Shown one piece after another: positions 1 to 10,600 of a DNA stretch of 64,000 nucleotides. Positions within the stretch are counted from its first letter, which is position 1; every line of letters starts with the position of its first letter. The DNA comes from an uncultured Planctomycetaceae bacterium. GTDB lineage: Bacteria; Planctomycetota; Planctomycetia; Planctomycetales; Planctomycetaceae. The position numbers and the translations under genes are program-made. The stretch is from NCBI GenBank assembly GCA_963976765.1, contig CAXBME010000028.1:1-64000 (forward strand), read 5' to 3'. Below the pieces are notes generated by a model. It was not told the origin of the DNA and did no database searches. It worked only from the letters and a program-made list of their open reading frames with translations.

Positions 1-60
1 CACCTGCACCTGCACCTGCACCTGCACCTGCACCTGCACCTGCACCTGCACCTGCACCTG
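1..60 (+). repeat. (CACCTG)10 hexanucleotide tandem repeat, truncated by the window edge; encodes (Pro-Ala)n in frame +3
   Basis: Perfect CACCTG units from 1 to 60, read directly. Confidence 0.95.
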
Positions 61-302
61 CGGACGGAGATGCTTCCGTTCCCGCGGGGCTGCCGATTTT
101 TCCAGGAGCCCGGAATGCAACGTCGGCAGTTCCTGCCGGACGAGTGCGTGTACCCGGCGTGAGTTTTGCTCCGGCACGCTCAACTTCACAGATCGAGCGA
201 GTTTCTTATGAGCGCCTGTCGGCTCCTTCGGGAACGACTGGTGTCAAGCCGATGGGCGCGGCGCCTCGCAACGTATCGGCACCTCGTCGGTCGTCAAATT
301 AG
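3..302 (+). CDS. C-terminal fragment of a low-complexity Pro/Ala-rich hypothetical protein (5' truncated)
   Basis: Frame +3 is open from 3 to TAG at 300-302: (PA)10-DGDASVPAGLPIFPG...IERVSYERL...RRSSN*. A terminator-like hairpin follows. Not in the ORF track because the start lies outside the window. Confidence 0.7.
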   Translation, partial: PAPAPAPAPAPAPAPAPAPADGDASVPAGLPIFPGARNATSAVPAGRVRVPGVSFAPARSTSQIERVSYERLSAPSGTTGVKPMGAAPRNVSAPRRSSN

Positions 303-319
303 TGAGTCGCTGAATGCAC

Positions 320-359
320 AGCCCGGTCGCACTGAGAGTGTGACCGGGCTCTTTTCTTT
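320..359 (+). terminator. Rho-independent terminator
   Basis: AGCCCGGTCGCAC-tgaga-GTGTGACCGGGCT stem followed by CTTTTCTTT, 17 nt after the stop at 302 and between convergent genes. Confidence 0.8.
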
Positions 360-427
360 ACCTGGACATTCTGGTGCAGCGACCGAGTGATTACCGTCGC
401 GAGAACTGCTCAACCAGCATTCGATGG

Positions 428-3400
428 TTAGTCGCTCGGCGCACTCTTGAAAACAAGTCGAACCACAACAGCCTTGGCGTCGAGCATCAGACTGAAAAGG
501 GTCGGGACGAGGGCCAGGGTGAAAACGGTTGAGACCAGCAGACCACCGAGAACGACGCTGCCAAGACCTCGATAAAGTTCGCTGCCGGCTCCGGGGAAGA
601 GGACAAGCGGCAGCAGGCCGAGCACCGTTGTCAGCGTGGTCATGAAGATAGGCCGGACTCGCGTTCGAACGCTTTCGATAATGGCTTCGTTCGGAGGCAG
701 CTTCTTTTCGCGCATCAGGTTGAGCGATTGGTGGACGATCAGAATCGGGTTATTGACGACCGTTCCAATCAGAATCACAAAGCCGAGCATCGTCAACACG
801 TCGAGCGGTTGCAGAACGAACTGGTTAAGAAGTTGCAGACCGGCGACGCCGCCGACGGCTCCCAGCGGAACGCTCAGGATAATGACGAACGGGTAAAGCC
901 ACGACTCGAACAACGCGGCCATCAGCAGGTAAGTGATCAGCAAAGCGAGCAACACATTGAACTGCAACGCTTCCCAGGTCGCGTTCAGCTTGTCGGCGGT
1001 TCCGGCCAGATCGATGCGGTATCCGCCGTCGAGTTGTCCGCTACTTTGCATCGGTCGCACGATTTCATCGCGGATCAGAATCATGGCCTCTTCGAGCGGC
1101 ATCTCTGGTGGAGGTGTTACCTGAATCGTGATCGCTCGTTGCCGTTCCCGATGGTTGATCTGCTCGGGACCGCTCTTCATGGTCACACTGGCCAACGCGC
1201 CAAGCGGGATGGTTTGTCCCATCGGCGTCGCGATGGGAAGTGCCTCGACATCCTGAGCGTTGCGGACGATTTCGTCTCGACCTTTGATCGTCAGATCGAT
1301 CTTGTCGCCGCCCAGGAAATAGTCACCGGCGTAGGCTCCGTCAATCAGCGCGTTGGCGGTGTAGCCCAGCTCGTTGGCCGACATGCCCATCTCAGCGGCC
1401 TGAATGAGGTACGGTTCGATGTGGACTTCCGGACTGGATAGATCGAGACTCGGAATTGGTCGAGCCTGCGTGTCGGGAGGCAGTAGCCCTCTGACCTGCC
1501 CAAAGATTTGTCCGCCCAGCGCTACCAGCTTGTTCAAGTCTGGCCCGGTGATTTCAACATCGACCGTGCGACCGCTTTCCAGGCCGCCGGCAAACAAACT
1601 CGACTGACTGGCGACGCCGAATGTTCCCGGCAATTGACTGGTGGCACGCTGGATCAGCGGAATAATCTCGGCGGCTCGTTCTTCGTCATAGGCTCGCAAA
1701 CCCATGAACACGCTGCGGCCTCGGGCGACGAAAAAGAAGTCGCCAATGATTGGTCCGTCCAGTTTGCTGGCTTCTTCACTGCCAGGCACCGCGTCCCAGT
1801 ACGGACGAAGATTGCTCTCGACGGTCTGCCCAAGCTCCATCAGCTGGTTCAGGTTGTAACCGGGCGGCGGGAGCAGGATGGCGAAAATCAGGTTTCGGTT
1901 GCCGTTTGGCAGGTACTCAACGCGCGGCCAGAATGCCCACGAACCGGCAATTGAGAATCCAACCAGACCGAGGGTAACTGCCAGGCGTCGAGCCGTCCCT
2001 CGCTGAACCCATTGGTTGAAGCCGACGATCGCTGCAACAAAACCTGCACCGAATGAAGCCATCCGGCCAGCCACTGAACCCAGTCGGGCTGCCTGATCAG
2101 AAGACGATTCTTCAGAAGCAGAATCGTCTCGATGCAGCAGCCGCGCGGACGCGGTTGAGATCAATGTCATCGACACGACGAGCGACAAGCCCACCGCTCC
2201 GGTGATCGCCAGCGCGATATCCTGAAACAACTGCCCGGCTTCTTCCTGCACAAAGACGACCGGCAGAAATACGGCGATCGTCGTCAGCGTTGAGGCCAGC
2301 ACGGCTCCGGACACTTCTGACGTGCCGTTGATGGCTGCGTCGAACGCACTTTCTCCCTCAGAGAACCGTCGAAAGACGTTTTCGAGAACGACGACGGCAT
2401 TGTCGACGAGCATCCCCACGGCAAAGGCCATCCCCGCCAGACTGACGACGTTCAGCGAACGGTCGAGCAGGCCGAGAATCAGAAACGTCCCGATGATGCT
2501 GGTTGGAATGGCCAGGCCGACGACGAGTGCTCCGCGAGCCGCCCAGAAACCGACGCCGATCAGCAGAGCAATACAAACCAGAAAGAACCACGACGAAACG
2601 TAAGCAGCAGCCAGCGCCGACACGACGATGAACGGAACGACGGCCAGCGTGCGAATGCCCAGATGAAGAAACAGCATAAGGACGATCATCGTCAGCGCGC
2701 CGCCGATGAAAATGTTCTGCTGAACGAGGTCGAGGGCCGAGTAGATGTACTCCGTCTCGTCGTAAACCTGGACGAGCTGCAGGCCCTTTGGTTTCAGAAT
2801 GTGCTCGTCAATTTCGGCCCGCATCTCGCGCAGACCGTCCATCACATCCAGAACGTTGGCTCCGGTTTCGCGAATACAGTTCACGGCGATACTGGACTCA
2901 CCAAACCGTCGAACGATGCCATCAGGCTTGCGATAACCGAGTTCGATCTCGGCGACGTCACGAACGTAAACTGGAACTCCGTCGCGGACAGCGACCAGCT
3001 GATTCCCGACGTCTTCTGTGGATCGAAACTGCCCGAGTGTTCGTACGACCCAGCGGCGTTTGCCTTCCCAGAAGTCTCCGGCTGATGTGTCTTTGTTCTG
3101 AGCACGCAGCACTCGCCGCAAGTCTTCGATCGTGATCTGCCGCGCGGCCAGTTCTTCCGGATCAACCAGAACCTGCATCTCGTCTTCCAGACCGCCCATC
3201 ACGTTCGACTGAGAGACCCCCGAAACACGTTCGAAGCGGGCCTCGATCTCGTCCTCGGCAAACCTACGAAGCTGTGTGACATTGATGCCGTCGTAAGGGA
3301 GCAGCACTTCGCCAATGACAGGATGCTCTTTGGCAAGCAGTCGCAGACGCAGCATGGCAAGCCCCACGTTGTGAGCTTTTCGCACCATCTCGAGCTTGTC

Positions 3401-3889
3401 CGCGAGTTCCGGATGCTCGTTCTGAAAGGCGACAATCTGTTCGTCGGTCGCCATTCGCGTACTGAGAATAAACCAGGCGATCGGTCGGTCGGACGAGTTC
3501 GACGTCGAGATCACCGGCTGGTCGGCTTCTTCAGGATACTCGCGAACCTGTTGCAGCCGTGCGTTGACTTTCAGCAGTGCACCTTCCAGATCGGTGCCGA
3601 CGTGAAACTCAAGCTTGACCGTACCTTGTGAGTCCGTCGCTTCGGAACTCAGCTTAACCAGCCCTTCGACACTTTTGAGCTGCTCTTCCTGCTCGATGAT
3701 GATTTCGCGTTCGACTTCCTGAGGGCTGGCTCCAGGCCACAGAGTCTGCACGCTGATCGTTGGCGTTTGAACTTCCGGCGTGAGTTGCAACGGCATGCGC
3801 AGCAAAGCGACGACACCGAAAAGGGCCACCAGCAGAACTCCGACCGTCACTTTGACCGGGTTATGAACAACAGCTCGGATGGGATTCAT
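428..3889 (-). CDS. RND efflux transporter permease subunit (AcrB/AcrD/AcrF family)
   Basis: 1153 aa; PGASPQEVE, LNVVSLAGMAFAVGMLVDNAVVVLEN, RVRPIFMTTLTTVLGLLPL RND signatures. Confidence 0.95.
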   Translation of the reverse strand: MNPIRAVVHNPVKVTVGVLLVALFGVVALLRMPLQLTPEVQTPTISVQTLWPGASPQEVEREIIIEQEEQLKSVEGLVKLSSEATDSQGTVKLEFHVGTDLEGALLKVNARLQQVREYPEEADQPVISTSNSSDRPIAWFILSTRMATDEQIVAFQNEHPELADKLEMVRKAHNVGLAMLRLRLLAKEHPVIGEVLLPYDGINVTQLRRFAEDEIEARFERVSGVSQSNVMGGLEDEMQVLVDPEELAARQITIEDLRRVLRAQNKDTSAGDFWEGKRRWVVRTLGQFRSTEDVGNQLVAVRDGVPVYVRDVAEIELGYRKPDGIVRRFGESSIAVNCIRETGANVLDVMDGLREMRAEIDEHILKPKGLQLVQVYDETEYIYSALDLVQQNIFIGGALTMIVLMLFLHLGIRTLAVVPFIVVSALAAAYVSSWFFLVCIALLIGVGFWAARGALVVGLAIPTSIIGTFLILGLLDRSLNVVSLAGMAFAVGMLVDNAVVVLENVFRRFSEGESAFDAAINGTSEVSGAVLASTLTTIAVFLPVVFVQEEAGQLFQDIALAITGAVGLSLVVSMTLISTASARLLHRDDSASEESSSDQAARLGSVAGRMASFGAGFVAAIVGFNQWVQRGTARRLAVTLGLVGFSIAGSWAFWPRVEYLPNGNRNLIFAILLPPPGYNLNQLMELGQTVESNLRPYWDAVPGSEEASKLDGPIIGDFFFVARGRSVFMGLRAYDEERAAEIIPLIQRATSQLPGTFGVASQSSLFAGGLESGRTVDVEITGPDLNKLVALGGQIFGQVRGLLPPDTQARPIPSLDLSSPEVHIEPYLIQAAEMGMSANELGYTANALIDGAYAGDYFLGGDKIDLTIKGRDEIVRNAQDVEALPIATPMGQTIPLGALASVTMKSGPEQINHRERQRAITIQVTPPPEMPLEEAMILIRDEIVRPMQSSGQLDGGYRIDLAGTADKLNATWEALQFNVLLALLITYLLMAALFESWLYPFVIILSVPLGAVGGVAGLQLLNQFVLQPLDVLTMLGFVILIGTVVNNPILIVHQSLNLMREKKLPPNEAIIESVRTRVRPIFMTTLTTVLGLLPLVLFPGAGSELYRGLGSVVLGGLLVSTVFTLALVPTLFSLMLDAKAVVVRLVFKSAPSD

Positions 3890-3894
3890 AAATC

Positions 3895-5247
3895 TTATTG
3901 CCCGACTGCCGCAGCTCGGGGGACTGCACGAGGATCAAGGGTCTCGGTAATGGCAACATCCTGCCCCGGACGCAGCCGTTCGTTTCCTCGAACAACCACG
4001 ATCTCTCCTGCCTTGATGGGCCCATCAATTTCTATCAGCCGCCCATCTGAGGAGCCCATCTTAACCGGCACCGGTCGCACCTTGCCCGTTCTGGCCGACG
4101 CCCCCTTCCCGTCAATCGGATCGTTGATGTCCGGCACGGTGGCATCGACCACGAAGACCATTGGCGATGGACCGCCCAGAACGAGAGCGTCTTTCGGAAT
4201 CAGCAGGCCCTGTCGCTTTTCTCCGGTGGGAATCACGGCGCGAGCGATCATGCCTGCTTTGATTGTCGGAACCCTGTTCTTTGACAGAGTCTCCAGAATC
4301 TGGTTGGTAACTCGCACTTTCACGGGAAAAGATCGAGCCCGCAGGTCGGCCTGAGGGACAATTGACGAAACTTTTCCAGTAAGCCGCAGGTCAGAGAGTG
4401 CCGGAATTTCAACGGCAACAGGCTGTCCGATTCTGAGGTGAGCGACCTGCGATTCGCGAATGTTGACCAGAATGTCGACTTCGTCCAGTGCGACCACGTG
4501 GGCGACAAGGTCGCCCTGCTTGATCCACTCGCCCTGTTCGGTGTGTTCGGCGACGACGAAACCGTCAAACGGCGCGACGATGGTGAACTTGCGAACGCGC
4601 GACTCCAGATTTCTGACCATTGCATCCTGCATGGCAACACGAGCCCGGGCCTGCAGAATTTTTTCGACGCGAGGCCCCGCCACCACGAGCTTCCAGTCCT
4701 CCTGACTCTGCCGAAACACCTGCTGAGCGGCCTGAGCTTCGGCCTCGATTTCGTTCAGCTCTTCCTGGTTGAATGCGCCCTTTTCGAAAAGTTGCCGGGC
4801 ACGAGTCACCTGGGCGAGTCGGAAGTCGTGAAACGCTTTGGCGGCCAGCTTTCGAGCATCAGCGGCGGCAAGTTCCTCAGGACGTGCTCCGTTTTCCAGC
4901 TCCGTCAGGTCGTGCTTCCTGAGCAGCAGTTCGGCCTGTGCTGCTTCCAGCTCCAGATTGATCGTTTCAGTCAACAGCTGAGCCAGAGGCTGACCTTTCG
5001 TGACAAAGTCGCCTTCGTTGATCGGAAACGATTCAACGCGACCATCGACCGCGCTCCCGACTGAACTGCTTCGCGACGCCGTGACCGTGCCTATGTAACT
5101 CTGCACGGCGTCCACATCTGCAAGCTGCACGACCGAAACCGCCACCGGCGCAGACCCCTGCTGAGCACGCGCTTCGCACGTCACCAGCAACGTCGCCGCG
5201 ACCAGAACCAGCACTCGAATCATCATTCCACAAGACCTCAAGCTCAA
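3895..5247 (-). CDS. RND periplasmic adaptor (membrane fusion protein)
   Basis: Signal peptide, lipoyl halves (EGDFVTKGQPL; IVAPFDG...GEWIKQGD), coiled-coil hairpin; 5 nt upstream of the permease. Confidence 0.92.
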   Translation of the reverse strand: MSLRSCGMMIRVLVLVAATLLVTCEARAQQGSAPVAVSVVQLADVDAVQSYIGTVTASRSSSVGSAVDGRVESFPINEGDFVTKGQPLAQLLTETINLELEAAQAELLLRKHDLTELENGARPEELAAADARKLAAKAFHDFRLAQVTRARQLFEKGAFNQEELNEIEAEAQAAQQVFRQSQEDWKLVVAGPRVEKILQARARVAMQDAMVRNLESRVRKFTIVAPFDGFVVAEHTEQGEWIKQGDLVAHVVALDEVDILVNIRESQVAHLRIGQPVAVEIPALSDLRLTGKVSSIVPQADLRARSFPVKVRVTNQILETLSKNRVPTIKAGMIARAVIPTGEKRQGLLIPKDALVLGGPSPMVFVVDATVPDINDPIDGKGASARTGKVRPVPVKMGSSDGRLIEIDGPIKAGEIVVVRGNERLRPGQDVAITETLDPRAVPRAAAVGQ

Positions 5248-5323
5248 AACTCGAAAAACACGATTGTCTGAACACGGACACCAATTCGCCAGTTAGTCCG
5301 GAAAAGCATCAGAGCAGACGGCT

Positions 5324-6313
5324 CTAAGGCGTACTTCCTTCGCGATCGGTCGCCTGAAACAGCCCCTTCATGTAGCCGTAAGCGTAGAGGCGACCGAGCA
5401 TTGTGTAGCCGGGTTCGCCGTCGTCTTCACCGGCGAGCTGCGGGACGTGGTCCGGTCGAATGGGACCGGTGAAACCAACTTCGCGGTAGGCACGGACCGC
5501 GGCAGGCATATCTGTCTTGCCGTTGTCGTGGAAGGTTTCCGTGAAGGATTCAGCCGTGCCGGTAACATCTCGGAAATGAACGTAGTTGATGTGGCTTCCC
5601 AGTCGTCGAATGGCGTCTGGAATGTCCGCCCCCATTTCCGCGAAGGTTCCCTGACAAAAGCAAATCCCGTTGTTTGGGCTCGGCACAAGCTGCAACAAAC
5701 GCTCGAAATTTGAGACGCTGTTCATGATCCGCGGTCGACCGAGCAGCTCATGCAGCGGCGGATCGTCTGGATGCATGGCGAGCAGAACCCCTGCTTTCTC
5801 AGCGACCGGTACGATCTCGTTGAGCAGGCGTTCAAGATTCTCCCAAAGCTTAGCATGAGTCAGCCCGGCGGTGTCGCTGTCCCCTGCCCCGTGAGTTCCT
5901 GCCCCGTCGTGCCCGAGTAGAACCGCCTGTTTCACCGTGGCGAGATCAAACTGCGTGACCTTTGCGCCGCCGCGTTCCAGAACATCAAGCTTCGTCCGCA
6001 CCCAATCGGTGCCCGCCATGAAGTTGTAACAAAGGATTGAAATTCCGAGTTCGCCCATCAGTCGAATCAGGTTTTTCAACTCGGCGAGTTCCGCTCCGTC
6101 ATGATCGGTCCCCGTCTTGATCTTCTCGATCGGAAGGTAGCCCTCGATCACCGACAGTGTCAGTCCGAATGACTCGACTCGCTTCTTGACGGCCACCAGC
6201 GGGGCCGGATCCGGCCCGTGATGACGTGTCACGAAATCGGTAACGCCGCACTGCACGGCAAGCTGCAGATTTTCATCCGAAGCGGGCGTCAGAACCGTAG
6301 CCAGTTTCATCAA
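5324..6313 (-). CDS. uxuA: Mannonate dehydratase
   Basis: CYNFM, AMHPDDPP, GICFCQG, HFRDV, ETFHDNG, RPDHVP, GY..LGRLYA.GY motifs. Confidence 0.88.
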   Translation of the reverse strand: MMKLATVLTPASDENLQLAVQCGVTDFVTRHHGPDPAPLVAVKKRVESFGLTLSVIEGYLPIEKIKTGTDHDGAELAELKNLIRLMGELGISILCYNFMAGTDWVRTKLDVLERGGAKVTQFDLATVKQAVLLGHDGAGTHGAGDSDTAGLTHAKLWENLERLLNEIVPVAEKAGVLLAMHPDDPPLHELLGRPRIMNSVSNFERLLQLVPSPNNGICFCQGTFAEMGADIPDAIRRLGSHINYVHFRDVTGTAESFTETFHDNGKTDMPAAVRAYREVGFTGPIRPDHVPQLAGEDDGEPGYTMLGRLYAYGYMKGLFQATDREGSTP

Positions 6314-6373
6314 GCATCCTTTCAGGCAATCGCATCGGGTGACCCACCAGAATCTGAGTCTGCCGGAGAATCG

Positions 6374-7555
6374 CTAGCGTTGATTCTTCTCGCAGGAATC
6401 GTCCAGAGGCGTTGGCTCGCCGACGATGTCGACCGGGTGCGTGTAGAGGTATCGCCAGACGTCTTCGTGCATGTAGTTGCCGGCTTTGTCTTTTCCTGCA
6501 CGGCTGCCAGGCTGCACCGAACTGTGTGCTCGATTGGCGTCGCCGTTGACGTCGAAGTCGGTAATCAGCCGCCGAGTGTTACCGTACGGCGGCTTTTGCT
6601 GGTCAACGTTGACGATTGGACCGAACTTATGCAGGCCCATCAATTCCCAGCTTCGGCAGTAGTGATCGGCTACCCAACCACCGTCGAGCACATGCGAAAA
6701 GCCGAAGAATCGGTTTTCGGGAGTCGCAGACGGCAGCGACTGCCATGACTGAAGCTGGTCTCGCGGGCCGCACAGTGCCACAACGCGACTGACCTTTTGA
6801 AACTTCGCGAAACGCGCAGCCGTCGTCGAACCGTGTGAACTGCCCGAAACGATGACGTCATCCCAGCGAAGGCCCTTCCCGTCTTTCGTCAGAAAATGTC
6901 TCCATCCGGCCTCCGGATTCTCTTTGGCCAACCACTTCACGAACTGATAAGCCCGCTCCATCATGCCATCGGGTTTTGGAATGTCGACGTCCTCGCTGAA
7001 ATCCATACCCGTCGCCGCTTCCAGCCGAATGTTGCCTCGACAGTGCTCACCAACGGGATTCTCTTTGCATTTGATCCCGAACCATTTGTTGGCGTAGTGG
7101 ACTCGGATGGCGTGCAGACCATAAGAATTCAGACGATCGAACAACGGCTCATTGTGCCCCATCAGCCAGATGACAAGTTTGCCTCGCGGAGCAACTCGCG
7201 TATCGACCGCAGCCTGCTGAATGTCAGCCGGCTTGCCGTCCTTCGTGTTGATCAGAAAGTCGATGTCGGGGTGAGCTTTCACTCGCGAATCCAGTTTGCT
7301 GGCGCGAGCCGTCAGCCTGTAGTGTTGAGGATTCGGGTCATTAAATTTCAACGGGCCGACCTGAGCATTAACAACGCTGCTCAACGAGACAAGAAACATC
7401 GCTGCGAGAAGTTCGGTAGCAGCGAATCTGCTTTTGATAATCTTCACGGTAGAACTTTTCCTGTTGGGAGTGGGAAGCGACAGCAAAGAAAAGACCGGCC
7501 GTTCGTCGTTCCTTTTCGACTGGTCGGCAGCGGGAAGGCTAGTCAATGAGCCCAT
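6374..7555 (-). CDS. Secreted alpha/beta-hydrolase-like protein (BPSS1187-like); true start probably downstream of the ORF start
   Basis: SGSSHGS nucleophile-elbow-like motif, FGFSH.LD, late AHSS His; signal-like segment ending VVNA-Q. Confidence 0.6.
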   Translation of the reverse strand: MGSLTSLPAADQSKRNDERPVFSLLSLPTPNRKSSTVKIIKSRFAATELLAAMFLVSLSSVVNAQVGPLKFNDPNPQHYRLTARASKLDSRVKAHPDIDFLINTKDGKPADIQQAAVDTRVAPRGKLVIWLMGHNEPLFDRLNSYGLHAIRVHYANKWFGIKCKENPVGEHCRGNIRLEAATGMDFSEDVDIPKPDGMMERAYQFVKWLAKENPEAGWRHFLTKDGKGLRWDDVIVSGSSHGSTTAARFAKFQKVSRVVALCGPRDQLQSWQSLPSATPENRFFGFSHVLDGGWVADHYCRSWELMGLHKFGPIVNVDQQKPPYGNTRRLITDFDVNGDANRAHSSVQPGSRAGKDKAGNYMHEDVWRYLYTHPVDIVGEPTPLDDSCEKNQR

Positions 7556-7607
7556 GTCTTCGCACCTGAAGAGCAGGCATCCGCAACCTCTGAACCGACG
7601 GCGCAGA

Positions 7608-7641
7608 CAAAACCCCGGTCGTTACAGTTAACGACCGGGGT
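7608..7641 (-). terminator. Rho-independent terminator of the metalloprotease gene
   Basis: Perfect 13-bp stem ACCCCGGTCGTTA/TAACGACCGGGGT with a 4-nt loop and a short T tract on the minus strand, ~35 nt after the stop. Confidence 0.8.
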
Positions 7642-7675
7642 GAGTTCAGCAGATCAGGAGTTGCGAGGCGCTGAA

Positions 7676-10600
7676 TCAGCGAAGCTGCTCTGTGCCTTTT
7701 TCTTCGCGACGTTGCTCTTCTTCCTGAAAGAAGATCAGTCCAGATAACCCGCCACCGCCCACATCTTTGGCGTTGTAGATGAACTGAGCGTCGCGTCGTT
7801 TTTCAACCTGCTCTTTCAGTTCGACCAGGTGTGACCGAGTGTACGGATCGAGTTTGTCTCCGCCCTTGGTCAGCACGTTGTCGACTCGTTTCAGAATTCG
7901 ATCGAGTTCGAACGACGCCAGATTGGCAATCGGCTTGTAGGCTTCCGTTCGGACACTGCCTGGGATGCTTAAATCGACAAGTCGATCGAGATGCTCCTGC
8001 TGAAGGTTGCGGCGAAGGCTTGATACCAGCGGCACTCGCGCCGTGTACTGCTTGCTCGGAACCTTTTCAAGTTCCTGCCAGATTGCATTGGTTACGGACT
8101 CAAGCACTTCCGGAAGCGTCAATGCTTCCTGATCAGCAGGAATTCGTAGTTCATTATCATAGATTCGACGCAGCGTGGTCGCGTTCATGATCATCGTCAG
8201 CGTCGATGCCTGAATCCCCATGATCGTGTCATGAACAGGGTAGGTCGCTTCGCTTGAGAAAGCACTGAACGACGAACCCCCATCCAGCCACTTATCAACC
8301 GAGAGATGCGCCAGCAGATCCGGGTTCAGGCCGAAGGCGTCGTCGAAGAACGTGTTTTCGATGACAAACTTAAGGGCTGCCTTCTGCTGCTCGACAGGCA
8401 CGACTTCGACCGGACGCCCCGAATCCTTGTCGCCTTTGAGGGCGCGAGTCGTGAACGCACCGCCGAGCCAGTTTGCCATCATGCTGACCGACCGAAGCTG
8501 CAGCGACAGCGACAGTTCGTAGCCGTGCCGAGCGCGAGCCCAACTTTCTCCGTCTTTGACAAACTTCTCAGTCAGCCCCTTGCGATGCTTTTTCACCAGC
8601 TCAATCTGATTGTTCGCATAGTCAAGCGGCTCTGTTGTGAAGTCGTACCGGCGGGCGCGAGGATCCGGACCGTCGGTCTCTTCGTCAGTTCCGTAGACGA
8701 GTTCCGGCTCGTTCACCCGCGCGAGAATCGGTTTCAGATCGCTGGCAAGTGTGTAGCCATATTCGATGGCCCATTCGTCGTACGGGCCGATTCCGATCAT
8801 CGTGTAATCGCCCTGCGGTTTTCCATCGGCCCGCAGGTTAATCGGAATGTAGTCCATGACCGAGCCCGCCAATGGCTTTTTGCCTTTGACTTCGTCACCG
8901 TTCATTTCATCGAATGAGTAGATGCTGCTCGCCTTGAAGTTGTGCCGCAGGCCAAGCGTGTGGCCAACTTCGTGCGCGACAAGTTCAGCAATCAGTGGAC
9001 CGATAAAGGACTCCGGCATGCTGTCGAGCATGGGTTCCTTCTTAGCTGCAGACTTCTTTGCCTCTTCCTTCTTTTCATCGTCATTGTCGCCGTCGTCCTT
9101 CTTCTCTTCGTCTTTATCTTCGCCGTCGCTCTTCTTCTCATCGTCGTCTTCATCTTTATCATCGCCGGCTTTCTTCTCCTCGTCCTTGTCGCCGTCTGAG
9201 CCCTTCTTCTTTTTCTTTTTATCAGCGTCGTCAGCACCGTCTTCCAGCAACGCAAGGTGCATCTGCATCAAAGCAAGGTCGATCGACTTGCCCTGAGTCG
9301 CCATGCACAGACCGTTGACCTGACTGGCTCGACCAATCAAACCGTCGTACTGATTGTCGCCGATCATTGTTCCATCGACTTTTCCAGCCGGATGCCCTGC
9401 CAGCGGTTGATACGCTTCGCGTTGAATTGTCCGCATGACTTCATTGCGGCGGCTTGGGTTTGCCAGACGAACGCGAGGATCCCACTGCGGGTGGTCGGCG
9501 AGCCATGTCAGCGTTTCGGCATTGAATCCTTCCATCGCAACTGCGGGAAGAATCTCACTGAATTGTCCGTGGTAATGTCGAATCCATCCGTCGGTCAGAA
9601 TGATGTCGGCATCGAGAATCTCGCCGGTCAGCGGATTAACTCGGCTGGGCCCGATCGCCGTACCGATATCGTTGTTGAGCCATCGAATAAAGTTGTAGCG
9701 AACGTCCTCTGGATCGAGGTCCATGTTGCGACCGGTCTGAGCATCCTGAAAATCGATTTCGATCGCGTTCAGGAATCCGATCCTTTCGAACGCCTTGTTC
9801 CAGTGGTCGACCCCTTGCGTAACCCAGCGTCGATATCGCACCGGCACGGTATGTTCAAGAATGAACCGGATAGGCTGAACGGGTGGACTGAGTGCGAGCG
9901 ACGAATCACGTTTCGTCAGGTGCCACCGATTAATGAATCGAGTTCGGGTTTCGGTATCTTTGTATTTCCCAAGATCTGTGTAGCCGGTTGTAAAGTAACC
10001 GATGCGGGGATCAGCAACTCTGGGTGTATAGCCAGGTGTTGGTGTAATCAGACTCAGCGAATAATGCAGGGTCTTCAGCTGACCATTCGGAGTTCTACCG
10101 CCAAACAGGCTGAAACTTCCTGAGGTCGGACCTTCGATCGCCACTTCGATGTTCTTAGGAAATGCTTTCGCCTTTTCGATCGTGACCAGAGACGAATTGC
10201 TGATCCGACCAGCATTGCCAAAAAACGTCGACGACTGCGACACGAACAGGTAATTCAAATCGATCACCGGTCCGCCGGTTGGTCCGATGGTCAGAATTGG
10301 TGTGTCGAGCAAAACACGGTCAGTAAACAATCGTTTGACCGAAGCTTTCGATTCACTGTCACCGGTTGAGCGGTGTTCGACGTTCGGCTGAATCATGGCC
10401 AGTCGATTGCCGTACCGACGCCAGTAGAAATACAGGTCACCTTCCTGCAGACCGGCAAACTCATCACCAGCAGCGACAGTCAGCGCCAGGAAATACTTGT
10501 GCGACGCAAAACCTGCCGGCAATTCGGCCAGCAGTTTCTGATCCTTCTTGTGCTTGTAGAGCGTGTAAAGAGACCGGGCACCGTCGGTCGTCGAGACAAT

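Noticed and set aside
166..390. 74-aa ORF from the track
   Set aside because: TTG start, overlaps the more plausible frame +3 gene tail, and runs through its terminator hairpin.
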